NCBI GenBank assembly: GCA_963829055.1
Contig: CAWHHI010000004.1
Location: 160,001 to 224,000 of the forward strand
Length of the DNA: 64,000 nucleotides
Origin: an uncultured Gemmatimonadaceae bacterium
GTDB taxonomy: Bacteria > Gemmatimonadota > Gemmatimonadetes > Gemmatimonadales > Gemmatimonadaceae
Direction of reading: 5' to 3'
Part shown: positions 21,731 through 32,410 of the stretch, piece after piece
Numbering within the stretch: the stretch's first letter is position 1
Layout of the letters: every line of letters starts with the position of its first letter
Translations under genes and position numbers: made by a program
Notes under the pieces: model-generated
Databases searched by the model: none
Told to the model about the DNA's origin: nothing
The model's input: the letters and a program-made list of their open reading frames with translations, nothing else

Positions 21731-23922
21731 ATGACGGCGATGCTTCTTCTCGCAGCCGCTCCGATCGCCGCTCAGGACTCGACGTTCCTGCTCGTGGCCG
21801 ACCGACCGTCCGCCGACTTCCCCGCTGCGTTAGGCAACGGGCGGTTCAGCATGTTGACCTCGCCGCGCGGCGTGGATCCGACGCACTCCTTCCTCGCCGG
21901 GCTGTACGAGCGCGCCCGAGGCGACGTCCCGCGCATCGCGTCGCTCCCCGCGTGGAACGCGATCGATTTCTTCAACGGCGACGTCGTGGCTCGGTGGCGC
22001 GACACTCGCCGACTCGGTGCTGCGCTCGTACCGGCAGACGGTGAACATGTACGACGGCACGGTGCACACGTCGTACGACTGGGTCGATGGCGGCCGGCGG
22101 ACGTCGGTGCGGGTTCACGCGTTCGTCTCTCGCGCCGACCCGTCGCTCGCCGCGGTCCGGCTCGAGCTGACCCCGCACTACGCCGGCCGCGTACGGACGT
22201 CGTTCACGCTCCGCCCGTGGCCGCCGCCGCGCCGTCTCGCGCTCGCCGAGATCGCGCGCCTCGACACGTGCGGTGCGGAACGCCGACCTGTGGTATCCCG
22301 GTCACATGACGGTGCAGTCGCGTCACGCCGAGCGATCGACCCCGAGGCGGCCTGCTCTCGATGACCTCGAGCCCCGAGGGCGGAAGCGCCACCGTCGCGC
22401 AGGCGGTCGCAGCGATCTGGCCGACGACGCTGCGGAACGTGACGGCCCGAACCGACACGTCCGATAGCGCGATCGTCGCCGAAGTCGCGTTCGACGCGTC
22501 GCCCGGAGAGACGTACACGTTCGACAAGGTCGTGAGCGTCGAGTCCTCGCAAGACGCGCCCGACCCGTCGCCGCGTGCCGTTCGCGCCGCGGAGCGCGGG
22601 CGCTCCCTCGGCTTCGATGCGCTCTCCCGCGAGCATGTCGCCGCGTGGCACGCGCTCTGGAGGACCGACATCCGCATCGAGGGCAATCCGGAGCTCCAGC
22701 GCACGGTACACGCGGTACTGTTCCATCTGCTGAACAGCGGACCAGCGCGGAGCGGGTGGAGCATCCCGCCCATGGGCCTAACGAGCGCGCGGGTACTATG
22801 GGCACGTGTTCTGGGATGCCGACACGTGGATGTTCCCCGCGCTGCTGCTCGCGCACCCGGACATCGCGCGCTCCATGGTGATGTTTCGCTACCGAACGCT
22901 CGATGCGGCGAAGCAGAACGCGCGAGCGAATGGATTCCGCGGCGCAATGTATCCGTGGGAGGCCGACGATCGCGGCGAGGAGACGACCCCGCGGTTCGCG
23001 TCGCAGAACGCGCACTCGGAGATCCACGTCACCGGCGACGTCGGCGTCGCACAGTGGCAGTACTACCAGGCCACCGGCGACTCGGCGTGGCTCGCGCGCT
23101 ACGGCTATCCGGTCATCCGTGAGACCGCGGAGTTCTGGGTGAGTCGAGCGACCTGCGACTGCGGCTCGCTGCGACATCCGCAATGTCGTCTCGGTCGATG
23201 AAGGGATGGTCGGCATCTCGAACGACGCCTACACGAACGCCGTGGCGCGAAAGAACCTTCTGGCCGCCGTCGCGGCGAGTCGGGTGCTCGGCCAGCGACC
23301 GAGCCCGAGATGGGAACAGGTCGCCACGCGACTGTACATCCCGTTCGACTCGGCCGGCGAGTATCACCGTACGTACGAGCGTGCCCCGCCCGCTACGCTC
23401 GGCTCGGTCGTGCCGCTCCTCGCCTATCCGCTCGCGGTCCCGATGAGCGAGCGCGCAAAGCGCGCCGATCTCGACAACGCCGTGCGCCGACTGGCCAACG
23501 AAGGGCCGGGTGCGATGATGACGGCCACTCTCTACCCCGTCGTTGCGGCCGAGCTGCGCGATCGGACGTTGGTGGATACGCTGCTCCCACTGACGTATCG
23601 CGGGTACCTTCGCGGTCCGTTCCGTATTCTGGCCGAGACGCCGAAGAATGACGCGGTGAACTTCCTGACCGGAGCGGGCGGCTTTCTTCAGCAGGTGATC
23701 TACGGCTACACGGGACTCCGGCTCGGAGACGATGGCGTTAGGCGCGCGTTCGCTCCCGTCCTGCCGTCGAGCATCTCGCGGCTCACACTGCGCGGCTTCC
23801 GCATCCGCGGGAAGTGCTACGACATCGTCGTCGAGAACGACCAGCTTCGCATGAATCCGACAGCTGTCCCACGCGCTTCATCCAGGCCAGCGATGCCGCC
23901 GGTCGCAAACCCGCCGTGCTGA
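21731..23922 (+). CDS. Glycoside hydrolase family 65 protein, likely secreted (multiple frameshifts)
   Basis: Signal peptide, LGNGRFS, GHVFWDADTWMFP, GAMYPWE, EIHVTGDV, VVSVDE, NFLTGAGGFLQQVIYGYTGLR. Confidence 0.85.
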
Positions 23923-26451
23923 CCGTCCTCACGTTTCTCCTGCTGAGCCAGGCTGTTCCACAGCAACAGCCGTTGACAGAGGGCCGGCGTACGACGCCGC
24001 CCGTGCTCTCCATTCCGGATCCGTGGCTCGACGACAGCGCGGTGTACCAGGGGTACCAGACGCGCTTCTTTCGTGACTCGAAGCGGAACACCGTTCAGAT
24101 CTACCTCGATGGGCGGAGCGGACGAGCCGTTCAGCTCTGGGCCGACGCGGCGGACGAAAGCCTGGGATTCACCGCCCGTGATGCCAACGGTCGGCCGGCT
24201 CCGCTGGCGTGGGGTTCCGACAGCGCCATGGTCTCCGATTCGGGTGGCGTTCGTGCGATCGAGTATCGCCTAACGGCAGCGACGCCGCAGCTTCGGGTCG
24301 GGTGGCTGCTGCTCGGATCGATGCGCGTCGAGCGCGATTTCCAGTACGCGCGCCATCACCTCGAGCCGTTCGACGCGACACCCTTCCGCCAGCGCGAGCT
24401 GACTGCGCTCATCGAGAGCGTCACGGGACTCGAGCCCGCCGAGCGTCAGCGCCACCTCTCTCTCCTCCACGCGCGCAGCGTCGAGGAGCTTCGGTCCAGG
24501 CTCGATCCGGCGCTGACGATGGATCAATCCTCGGGACGTACCGTCATCCGTGCGGTGCAGCCGACGCTCGATGGCCGGAATCGCCTCGTGCTCGAGCTCA
24601 TCACCGACCCGCGCGAGGCGACGACGACGCTGGACGGACGCACGATCTCGATTCGCGCGCGCGTCGGCGGCACGGTCAGCCTAACGGTAAGAGCCAGCAC
24701 CGACGCCGGCCCGCTCACGCCCATTGATCGCGACGCGATCTTCAACCGTGAGTTCCTCGACTTCCTGACGCGCGCGCATGCGGCGAGCGACAGCGCGTTC
24801 CGGGCACGGGATTCAGCGGCGGCGGCAGACGACCACGCTCACCGCTGCCGATTCGGCCGTCATCACACGATATCTCCGGCTGGAGCGCGACGTGCGGGGC
24901 GTGGAGCTCCTCAGCGCTCGCGAGAAGCTCATGGCCGGCCTGCCGAACTACGCGACGTACTTCGGTCGCGACGGGATGATGACCGCGCTCATGATGCGCC
25001 CGGTCTGGACGCAGGCGATGACCGAGCACGAGATCGCCAGCGTGCTGCGCAAGCTTTCGCCGTCCGGAGAGGTCAGCCACGAAGAGGCACTCGGCGGTCA
25101 GGCCATCCGTGAGAATGCCGCCGAGTACAGTGCGTCGGTAGCCGAGTACGTGCGGCTTGCGCGTGGTGGACGGCGGCGAGAAGCCGACAGCGCTCTCGCC
25201 CGTGCGCGCGACGTGTTGCGAGATCTGCAGGCGGTCCGCGAGAACTACCGCATGATGGACGACGAGTTCCAGCTTCCTGTGCTCGCGGCGCGCTACTTCG
25301 GTGATGCGGAGGTCGCCCCGGATCGCAAGCGAGCGTTCCTGCGCGACACGTCGTCGCACGGCGCGTCGCATCTCGCACTGCTGTTGCGGGAGCTGAGCTA
25401 CGTCGCGACGCTCACCGCTCCCTACGCGCATGCGCCGACGGTCGAGCACCTCGTTGCCTTCCCGAAGCGAGACGCCACGCACTGGTTCCCCGGCAGTTGG
25501 CGCGACAGCAACGCGGGATACGCGAATGGGCGCTTCGCAATGGACATCAACGCCATCTGGGCGCCGAAAGCGCTCGAGTCCATGGCGATCATCCTTGGCA
25601 CGCTTCGGGCGTTAGGCATCACGGCGAGCGCCATCGACTCGATCGCGCCGGAGGTCGCGCGCACGCCGCTCGGCGAGTACGTGCGCGATTCCGCGACGCT
25701 CGCCAGGGCGGTCGAGACCTGGCGCGGCGCGCGGCGCCACTTCACCGTCACGCTCGCGCCGAGTGAGGTTCGGGCGCGGACGCATGCGAAGCTGCAGTGG
25801 CTGCCGGCCGATGAGCGGAGCTACTGGGAGAAGGTGCTGGCATCCACCGACGCGACGCGCGACTCGCTTCGTTTCCTCGCGCTCTCGCTCGACAGCGCCG
25901 GGAGCCCCATTCCCGTGGTCAACACCGATCCGGCGACGCGGTTGTTCCTCGAGGATCTTACCACGCAGGTAGCGAATGGCTCCTTGGCCGCCGATTCGGT
26001 GCTGCGGGACCTGGAGCCGTTCCTGCGTCCGTATCCCGTCGGATTGTTCGTCGCGCAACTCGGCCCCGTCGTAGCCAACGACGCGTACGCATCGCGTACG
26101 GTGTGGGAAACGTTCAGGACCGATCTCTATCACTCGCCGCGCGTCGTGTGGGGGCGGGAGGTCAACCTTTTCATTCTCGGGACCGCGAAGCAGATCGCCA
26201 GCGCATACGACGCGTCCGGCCGGCTCAGAGACCCGGCGCTGGCCCCGTACGTGCGTCAGTTGGACGACGCCCTTCGGCGCGTGACGGCCGCCGTGCGCTC
26301 CTCGGGGCTCGCGCATAACGAGCTGTGGAGCTACCGCGTGGACGCCGGACGGCTGGTCCCATCGCGGTACGGCGCCAGCACGGACGTGCAGCTCTGGAAC
26401 ACGACGGACCTCGCCGTTCAGTTCGTGCTGTCGCGACTCCCACATCCATAG
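23916..26451 (+). CDS. Exported protein with amylo-alpha-1,6-glucosidase-like (alpha/alpha)6 domain (frameshift near 24830)
   Basis: Short signal peptide, MAGLPNYATYFGRDG, SHEEALGG, SWRDSNAG, VVWGRE, QLWN. Embedded in the sugar operon. Confidence 0.65.
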
Positions 26452-26460
26452 CGGACCACG

Positions 26461-27543
26461 ATGGCAGGCGTTAGGCTCGCGCACGTCGACAAGCGGTACC
26501 CCAACGGCTTCGTCGCCGCGCGGGACCTCAGCCTGGAGATCGCCGACGGCGAGCTCCTCGTCCTCGTGGGTCCGTCGGGGAGCGGGAAGTCGACCGTGCT
26601 CCGTATGATCGCCGGACTGGAGGCGGTGACGGGCGGAACGATCCACATTGGCGACCAGGATGTCACCCGGCTCCCCCCACAGCGGCGCGACATTGCCATG
26701 GTCTTCCAGAGCTACGCGCTCTACCCGCACCTGACGGTCCGCGACAATCTCAGTTTCGGGTTGCGGATCCGGAAGCTGGCGGACGACGTGATCGTGCGGC
26801 GTGTGTCGACGGTGGCCGACTCCCTCGGTCTCACGCCGCTGCTCGACCGCAAGCCGGCGCAGCTCTCCGGCGGCCAGCGTCAGCGGGTCGCGCTCGGCCG
26901 CGCGATCGTCCGTGAGCCGCGCGCCTTTCTCCTCGACGAGCCGCTATCGAACCTCGACGCACGGCTGCGACTGGAAACGCGCGCCGAGCTGTCGCGGCTC
27001 CACCGCCGGCTCGGCGCGACGATGATCTACGTGACGCACGACCAGGTAGAGGCGATGACACTTGGCGAGCGTGTCGCGGTGCTGAAGGATGGTGCTCTTC
27101 AGCAGGTCGCGCCGCCGATGGAGCTGTACAAGCGGCCGGCGAATCAGTTCGTCGCCGGATTCATCGGAAGCCCGGGGATGAACTTCATCGAGGGGACGTT
27201 GCGACGCGACGGCGACGAGTGCGTATTCGCGTCGCCATCGTTGACGCTGCCGGTCCCCTGCGCGCCCACGGATGGAGACCGCGTGGTTCTCGGCGTGCGC
27301 CCCGAGCACATCACGCTCGGCGCCCCCGTGGCCGATGGCGGGGCACTGGCTCGTGGCACGGTGGCGCTCATCGAGCCGATCGGCGGGGAGCAGATCGTCT
27401 ACGTGACGCTCGCCGACGGCGCGAGACTCGTCGCGACAGCGCCGCCGGATGCGTCAGTCGCGGTCGACGAGAGCGTATCGCTCCGCATCGCGCCCGATCG
27501 GGTGCAGCTGTTCAGCGCGCGGGACGGGAGGCGGCTGGGGTGA
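26461..27543 (+). CDS. Sugar ABC transporter ATP-binding protein (MalK/SugC-like)
   Basis: GPSGSGKST, VFQSYALYPH, LSGGQRQR, LLDEPLSNLD, C-terminal TOBE domain. Confidence 0.95.
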   Translation: MAGVRLAHVDKRYPNGFVAARDLSLEIADGELLVLVGPSGSGKSTVLRMIAGLEAVTGGTIHIGDQDVTRLPPQRRDIAMVFQSYALYPHLTVRDNLSFGLRIRKLADDVIVRRVSTVADSLGLTPLLDRKPAQLSGGQRQRVALGRAIVREPRAFLLDEPLSNLDARLRLETRAELSRLHRRLGATMIYVTHDQVEAMTLGERVAVLKDGALQQVAPPMELYKRPANQFVAGFIGSPGMNFIEGTLRRDGDECVFASPSLTLPVPCAPTDGDRVVLGVRPEHITLGAPVADGGALARGTVALIEPIGGEQIVYVTLADGARLVATAPPDASVAVDESVSLRIAPDRVQLFSARDGRRLG

Positions 27544-27585
27544 GCTGAATACCTAACGCGACGCGTCCCGGGCAATCGCGCGCGT

Positions 27586-28302
27586 TCAGATGGCTCCTGC
27601 CGATGCAGGACGCCAACGGATCAGGACGACGCCGAGAACGATCAGCCAGAGCGGCAGCAGGTAGTTGTTCACCTCGGCGATTGGCGAGACCACGGACGTG
27701 ACGTTCCGGAACGCCGCGGCCCAGCCGATCACGCCGACCACTATTCCTCCGATCGCGAACCATCGGCCTGTCGATGTCGATCGGAATGCCGCGGCGCCCA
27801 CGAGCACGAAGAACGTGTTCAGCGCGAGCTCGCCGAGGAACTCCCCGATGTAGTTGCCGAGGTAGACGTTCAGTCCGAGGAACACGGCGTCGATGGCTCC
27901 GCGCGCGTCGGTCGTCGCGGTCGCGTAGGCACGGGCGAGCTCCCAGTGCACGCTGGGCCAGCGCGCCAGCCCGAGCAGCATGCTCACCGCGGCGACGGTC
28001 GCGAATACGAGCGCAGCCCGCGTCGCGTTCGGCGCCACGCGCCCCAGGGCCGTGCGCGCCCCGATCGCCGCCGGAATCAGCAGCAGCGGGAGTAGCGCGT
28101 AGACAGCCCACACCGTGCGTCCCGCGTCGCCCAGCGCGAGGAGTCGCGGGAGCACTACGGCGGCACTGCCGTCCAGCACGTCGGGGTAGTCGAAGCGCGC
28201 GGCGAGATACCCGAAAACCGCCATGAAGCCTAACGCCGCAGCGATCAGCGACCATCCTCCGATGCGCGTGGCGGCGCGCGATGTTCCCGAGTCCGCGGTC
28301 AT
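27586..28302 (-). CDS. DUF4386-like membrane protein
   Basis: FDYPDVL, LGLARWP, GEFLGE and multiple TM segments. Confidence 0.7.
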   Translation of the reverse strand: MTADSGTSRAATRIGGWSLIAAALGFMAVFGYLAARFDYPDVLDGSAAVVLPRLLALGDAGRTVWAVYALLPLLLIPAAIGARTALGRVAPNATRAALVFATVAAVSMLLGLARWPSVHWELARAYATATTDARGAIDAVFLGLNVYLGNYIGEFLGELALNTFFVLVGAAAFRSTSTGRWFAIGGIVVGVIGWAAAFRNVTSVVSPIAEVNNYLLPLWLIVLGVVLIRWRPASAGAI

Positions 28303-28760
28303 CGGCCACCACCGAGCTTGAGGTCCATACCGACGGTCGGGTTCACGCGGACGTGGCCATCGGTCGTCGTCAGGACGCCCGCGCCAAGGCGACCACTCAG
28401 GGCGCGGTAAAGCGTTCCGCGAAACCCGAGCTCTGTGAGTGCACCGTGCTTCCAGTCCTTGTCGAGGCTGAACATGAGGGATGGCGAGACGTAGAGGGTC
28501 GCGCCTCGGTCCTTCGCGTAGAAGCTGCCGCCGAGACGGACGAAGTTTGCGCTATCACGCTTGCCATCCCGGCGGAGGACGGTGGGGTAGAAGCCCAGGT
28601 TGACGGCGGCGCGTCCGGATCGCACTTCCACGCCTGTTGACGGCGACCGGAAGATCGTGAGGTAGACCCCGCTCTCCCGCGGGTTCGAAGGCGTCTGTGA
28701 CGTCGCGACGTGCGGCGCGGCGATCAGTGCGAGGACGAGTGCGCCGAGGACGGTGTTCAT
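28299..28760 (-). CDS. Hypothetical exported, beta-strand-rich protein
   Basis: Signal peptide MNTVLGALVLALIAAPHVATS and alternating beta-strand patterns. Its stop overlaps the next start. Confidence 0.6.
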   Translation of the reverse strand: MNTVLGALVLALIAAPHVATSQTPSNPRESGVYLTIFRSPSTGVEVRSGRAAVNLGFYPTVLRRDGKRDSANFVRLGGSFYAKDRGATLYVSPSLMFSLDKDWKHGALTELGFRGTLYRALSGRLGAGVLTTTDGHVRVNPTVGMDLKLGGGR

Positions 28761-28835
28761 GTGAGACTCTCCGGACAGTGGGAACGGTGTGCTTCCTGGT
28801 TCTCCAACGCTATTCCCAATCGGGCTGGCGGACCG

Positions 28836-28871
28836 TGACCGTACGTGCCAACCTCTTGACCGATGACGCCA
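28836..28871 (+). promoter_or_regulatory. Tandem AraC-type binding sites
   Basis: TGACCG-N5-GCCA occurs twice with a 21-bp period, overlapping the AraC start in a divergent promoter. Confidence 0.6.
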
Positions 28872-29891
28872 CGAGAAACGACCGTCGCCGCATTGGTGGT
28901 CGCCGACATGCTCCAATACCTGGCCCGGCGTGGCGTGAGCACCGACGCTGCGCTCAGCGTGGCCGGGATCGATTCGGCGTTCCCCGCGTCACCCGACGAG
29001 CGAGTGCCCGGGTCGCGAGTGGAGCGCCTGTGGAGCTTCGGCGTCGAGCAGACAGGCGACCCTCTGCTCGGCTTGCACATGGCCGAGACCTACAATCCGG
29101 GCGCGCTGGATATCCTCGGCTACGTCATCCTGAGCTGCCGGACGATTGGAGAAGTGCTCGAGAAGTTCGCTCGCTACGCGCGTCTGCTGAACGACGGCAT
29201 GCGTGTGGAGCTCGTCCGCGAAGGCAAGACAGCCTTTTGCCGATGCACGTACGTCGAAGGCGTCGACAACTATCTGCTCCGCGATCCGCAGCACGCGATA
29301 GGCGCGACCTGGGGCGGACTGGCGCGCGAGATGCGCCGACTCGCCCGGACGCCGTTAGGCGCCAAGGCAGTGTGGTTCCGACATGCCGCTCCGAGCCGCG
29401 CGCATGTCGCCGAGTACACGCGGGTGATGGGCGCACCAGTGAGGTTCGGGGCACCCGAAGACCGGTTCATCTTTCCGAGCGAGCACCTCGATCAACCGCT
29501 GCCGTCGGCGAATCCAGTGTTGCTCGAGGTGTTCGAGCGACATGCGCGAGCGGCGCTGCCGGCAGTCGGACCGGAGCAGTCCCGTGCGGACGAGGTGGCG
29601 CGCGTGTTGGCGCAGAAGCTCAAAGGGAGCGCGCCCGCACTCCACGAAGTCGCCCGCGAGTTGTCGATGAGCACCCGGAACCTGCAGCGCACGCTGCGCG
29701 ACGCGGGCACGTCGTATCAATCGCTGCTCGACGCGACTCGACGCGACCTGGCCATCCGCCACCTCGCGAATCCCGCGACGTCAACCGGCCAGGTCGGCTT
29801 CCTGCTCGGCTTCTCGGAACCGAGCGCGTTCCACCGCGCGTTCCGTCGGTGGACCGGCAAGCCACCGAGCGCCTTTCGACCTGCGCAGTAG
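28863..29891 (+). CDS. AraC family transcriptional regulator (OruR-like)
   Basis: GDPLLGLH N-domain, MSTRNLQRTL, LGFSEPSAFHRAFRRWTG. Confidence 0.93.
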   Translation: MTPRETTVAALVVADMLQYLARRGVSTDAALSVAGIDSAFPASPDERVPGSRVERLWSFGVEQTGDPLLGLHMAETYNPGALDILGYVILSCRTIGEVLEKFARYARLLNDGMRVELVREGKTAFCRCTYVEGVDNYLLRDPQHAIGATWGGLAREMRRLARTPLGAKAVWFRHAAPSRAHVAEYTRVMGAPVRFGAPEDRFIFPSEHLDQPLPSANPVLLEVFERHARAALPAVGPEQSRADEVARVLAQKLKGSAPALHEVARELSMSTRNLQRTLRDAGTSYQSLLDATRRDLAIRHLANPATSTGQVGFLLGFSEPSAFHRAFRRWTGKPPSAFRPAQ

Positions 29892-29932
29892 CAAGGAGTA
29901 GCAATACGTTAGGCAGGATTGCCTGGCTCGAT

Positions 29933-30625
29933 CTAGTCAGGTGCCGGAGCGTGGTCGGGTGGGTCGAGCCGAAGCAACGGCACCGACTCATGCGATTGCT
30001 GCGCGAGCAGGTCGCTTACGAGCGATGCCCCACGCGGCGACACCCGCCGGGCGGCAACGAGACGCCGCGTGAACCACTTCCCGCGCTTCGTATCCAGCGC
30101 GTCGTAGCGTACGCTCCCGCCGCTGCTCGTGGCGTGAATGATCCGGCGACGCCCGGCGTAGATCGCTACGTGGCTGATGCGCCGTCCGGGCTCGGCGAAC
30201 ATGACCAGGTCGCCTGGTCGGAGCGCCGACCAGACAGCACGAAGCCGCTGGCCTGACGACGCTTGCTCGCGCGACGTGCGCGGGAGGCGCGTGCCGTGCC
30301 TGGCGAACACGTACTGCACGAATCCCGAGCAATCGAAGCCCGTCTTCGGCGACGTTCCGCCCCATCGATACGGCACACCGAGATACCGCTCCGCCGTCGG
30401 AAGCACGCGCGCGGCAGACCGCGCCGGAACTTTGGACGCCACGCGTTCCGCGGCGCGGATAGCCGTCAGGACCTTACGCGCGTCCCCGGTCACGTCGACA
30501 TGGACCGGGCCCGCCGCCAGCTGCGCGCGCGCGTCGGTGGCGCAGAGCACGACTGCGCACAGCGCGATGGCGGCCACCGGCTGACGCGGTGCCACATTGC
30601 GAATACCCACCAACTGCCACTGCAT
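29933..30625 (-). CDS. NlpC/P60 (C40) peptidoglycan endopeptidase
   Basis: YLGVPYRWGG, FDCSGF, PGDLVMF, SHVAIY. Confidence 0.92.
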   Translation of the reverse strand: MQWQLVGIRNVAPRQPVAAIALCAVVLCATDARAQLAAGPVHVDVTGDARKVLTAIRAAERVASKVPARSAARVLPTAERYLGVPYRWGGTSPKTGFDCSGFVQYVFARHGTRLPRTSREQASSGQRLRAVWSALRPGDLVMFAEPGRRISHVAIYAGRRRIIHATSSGGSVRYDALDTKRGKWFTRRLVAARRVSPRGASLVSDLLAQQSHESVPLLRLDPPDHAPAPD

Positions 30626-30928
30626 GAAACCTCACTGGAGAAACAGCTTGCGGAGGAACCACGCGGGCAAGATCGCGGCCGACGGCGGGTCGGCACGTAA
30701 CCGATTGAGAAAAGGCGTGTTCGGTGGTTATGAGCGGCGCACGGCCACGGCGAGTTGTACACTCGAGAGGACTCCAGGGCGTCCTCGGGGGAAGGCAGCC
30801 GCTACCATACGTGTGGCCCTTTCACCTAACGCGGAACCGATCGCAGGCGTGATGTTGCCACGCCCCCTTGAAAATCAGCGGCTCCGGTCGTTTGATGGAC
30901 GCGTGATCGACTTCTCATGGAGAATGGA

Positions 30929-32386
30929 ATGAGCACGCGTCGTCTGATGAAACACGCCGCGCTCGTCGCGGGAGTTCTTGCAATGTCACGAGTCCAGGCA
31001 CAATCGCCGGCGACCAAGCGGGCGCGTGAGGTCGTCGCCGTCATCAACGCGGCCACTCCGGCGTCGATTCGCGCGTTCGTCGACTCCGCGTTCGACGATC
31101 AGATGCGCGGCATGCCGATGCGTGCCCACATCGACTTCTTCATGAACCAGCGCGAGCAGTCCGGTGGCCTCGAGTGGGTCGACGTGCAGGACGAGAAGCC
31201 CGGTGAAACCACCGCGCTGCTCAAACGGAAGCTCACCGGCGATCTGATGGCCGTTGTGGTTCGCACGAATCCCGCCGCGCCGTATCGCATCGGGGGCATC
31301 GGGCAGCGCCCACCACGTCCCAAGGTCGCGCAGGCCGAACAGCGTATCACCACGGACGCCGAGCTCACCACCGCGCTCGGCGACTACGTCAACAGGCTCG
31401 CGAGAGCCGATCTGTTCTCGGGCACCGTTTTCCTCGCGAAGGACGGCAGGCGCCTCTACGGCATGGCGTTCGGCGAGGCGAACAAGGACTTCGGCGTGCC
31501 TAACGCGCTCGACACGAAGTTCAACCTCGGCTCGATGAACAAGATGTTCACGGCCGTCACGATCGGGCAGCTGGTCGAGCAGGGAAAGCTGTCGTACGAT
31601 GACCCGCTCTCGAAGTTCCTTCCCGACTTTCCGAGCGCTGACGCCGCGAAGAAGATCCGCATCAAGCACCTGCTCACGCACACGTCAGGGCTCGGCAGCT
31701 ACTTCAACGACGAGTTCGATCGTTCGTCGCGCGCGAGGTACCGCACGGTCGACGAGATGCTGACGCTCGCCAAGGGCGAGACGCTCGCGTTCGAGCCTGG
31801 TACGCGCTGGTCGTACAGCAACACCGGCATGCTCGTCCTCGGCAAGGTGATCGAGGTCGTCACGAAGCAAGACTACTTCGACTACGTCCGCGAGCACCTG
31901 TACAAACCCGCGGGGATGATGAGAACCGATGCCTATCAGCTCGACGAGGTGAACAAGAACCTCGCGGTTGGCTACCAGCCCGAGTTCGCCGAGGACGGAA
32001 CGAAGCGGTTCAAGAACAACATCTTCATGCACGTCATTCGCGGAGGCCCGGCGGGCGGCGGCTATTCGACGGCCGAGGATCTCGTTAGGTTCGCCGAGTC
32101 GCTCAAGTCGGGCAAGCTGGTGTCGGCGGCGACGTACGAGTTGCTGACGACGCCCAAACCCGACGTCAATTCGCCGGAGTACGGGTACGGGTTCGGCGTG
32201 GATTCGCAGACCGGCATCGTCGGTCACAGCGGAGGCTTCCCGGGCATCAGCTCGAACCTCGACATCTTCAAGGGCAGCGGCTACGTCGCCGTCGTGATGT
32301 CGAACTACGGGGGCGCGAGCCAACCGGTGGTGGAGAAGATCCGGACCCTCGTGAAGGCCCGCACGGCCGGGACGGCCGCCCAGTAA
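30929..32386 (+). CDS. Serine hydrolase (beta-lactamase-like family), exported
   Basis: FNLGSMNK (SxxK), LLTHTSG, YSNTG, GHSGG. Confidence 0.9.
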   Translation: MSTRRLMKHAALVAGVLAMSRVQAQSPATKRAREVVAVINAATPASIRAFVDSAFDDQMRGMPMRAHIDFFMNQREQSGGLEWVDVQDEKPGETTALLKRKLTGDLMAVVVRTNPAAPYRIGGIGQRPPRPKVAQAEQRITTDAELTTALGDYVNRLARADLFSGTVFLAKDGRRLYGMAFGEANKDFGVPNALDTKFNLGSMNKMFTAVTIGQLVEQGKLSYDDPLSKFLPDFPSADAAKKIRIKHLLTHTSGLGSYFNDEFDRSSRARYRTVDEMLTLAKGETLAFEPGTRWSYSNTGMLVLGKVIEVVTKQDYFDYVREHLYKPAGMMRTDAYQLDEVNKNLAVGYQPEFAEDGTKRFKNNIFMHVIRGGPAGGGYSTAEDLVRFAESLKSGKLVSAATYELLTTPKPDVNSPEYGYGFGVDSQTGIVGHSGGFPGISSNLDIFKGSGYVAVVMSNYGGASQPVVEKIRTLVKARTAGTAAQ

Positions 32387-32410
32387 ACCTCGCCGTTCGC
32401 GGCGACGACC

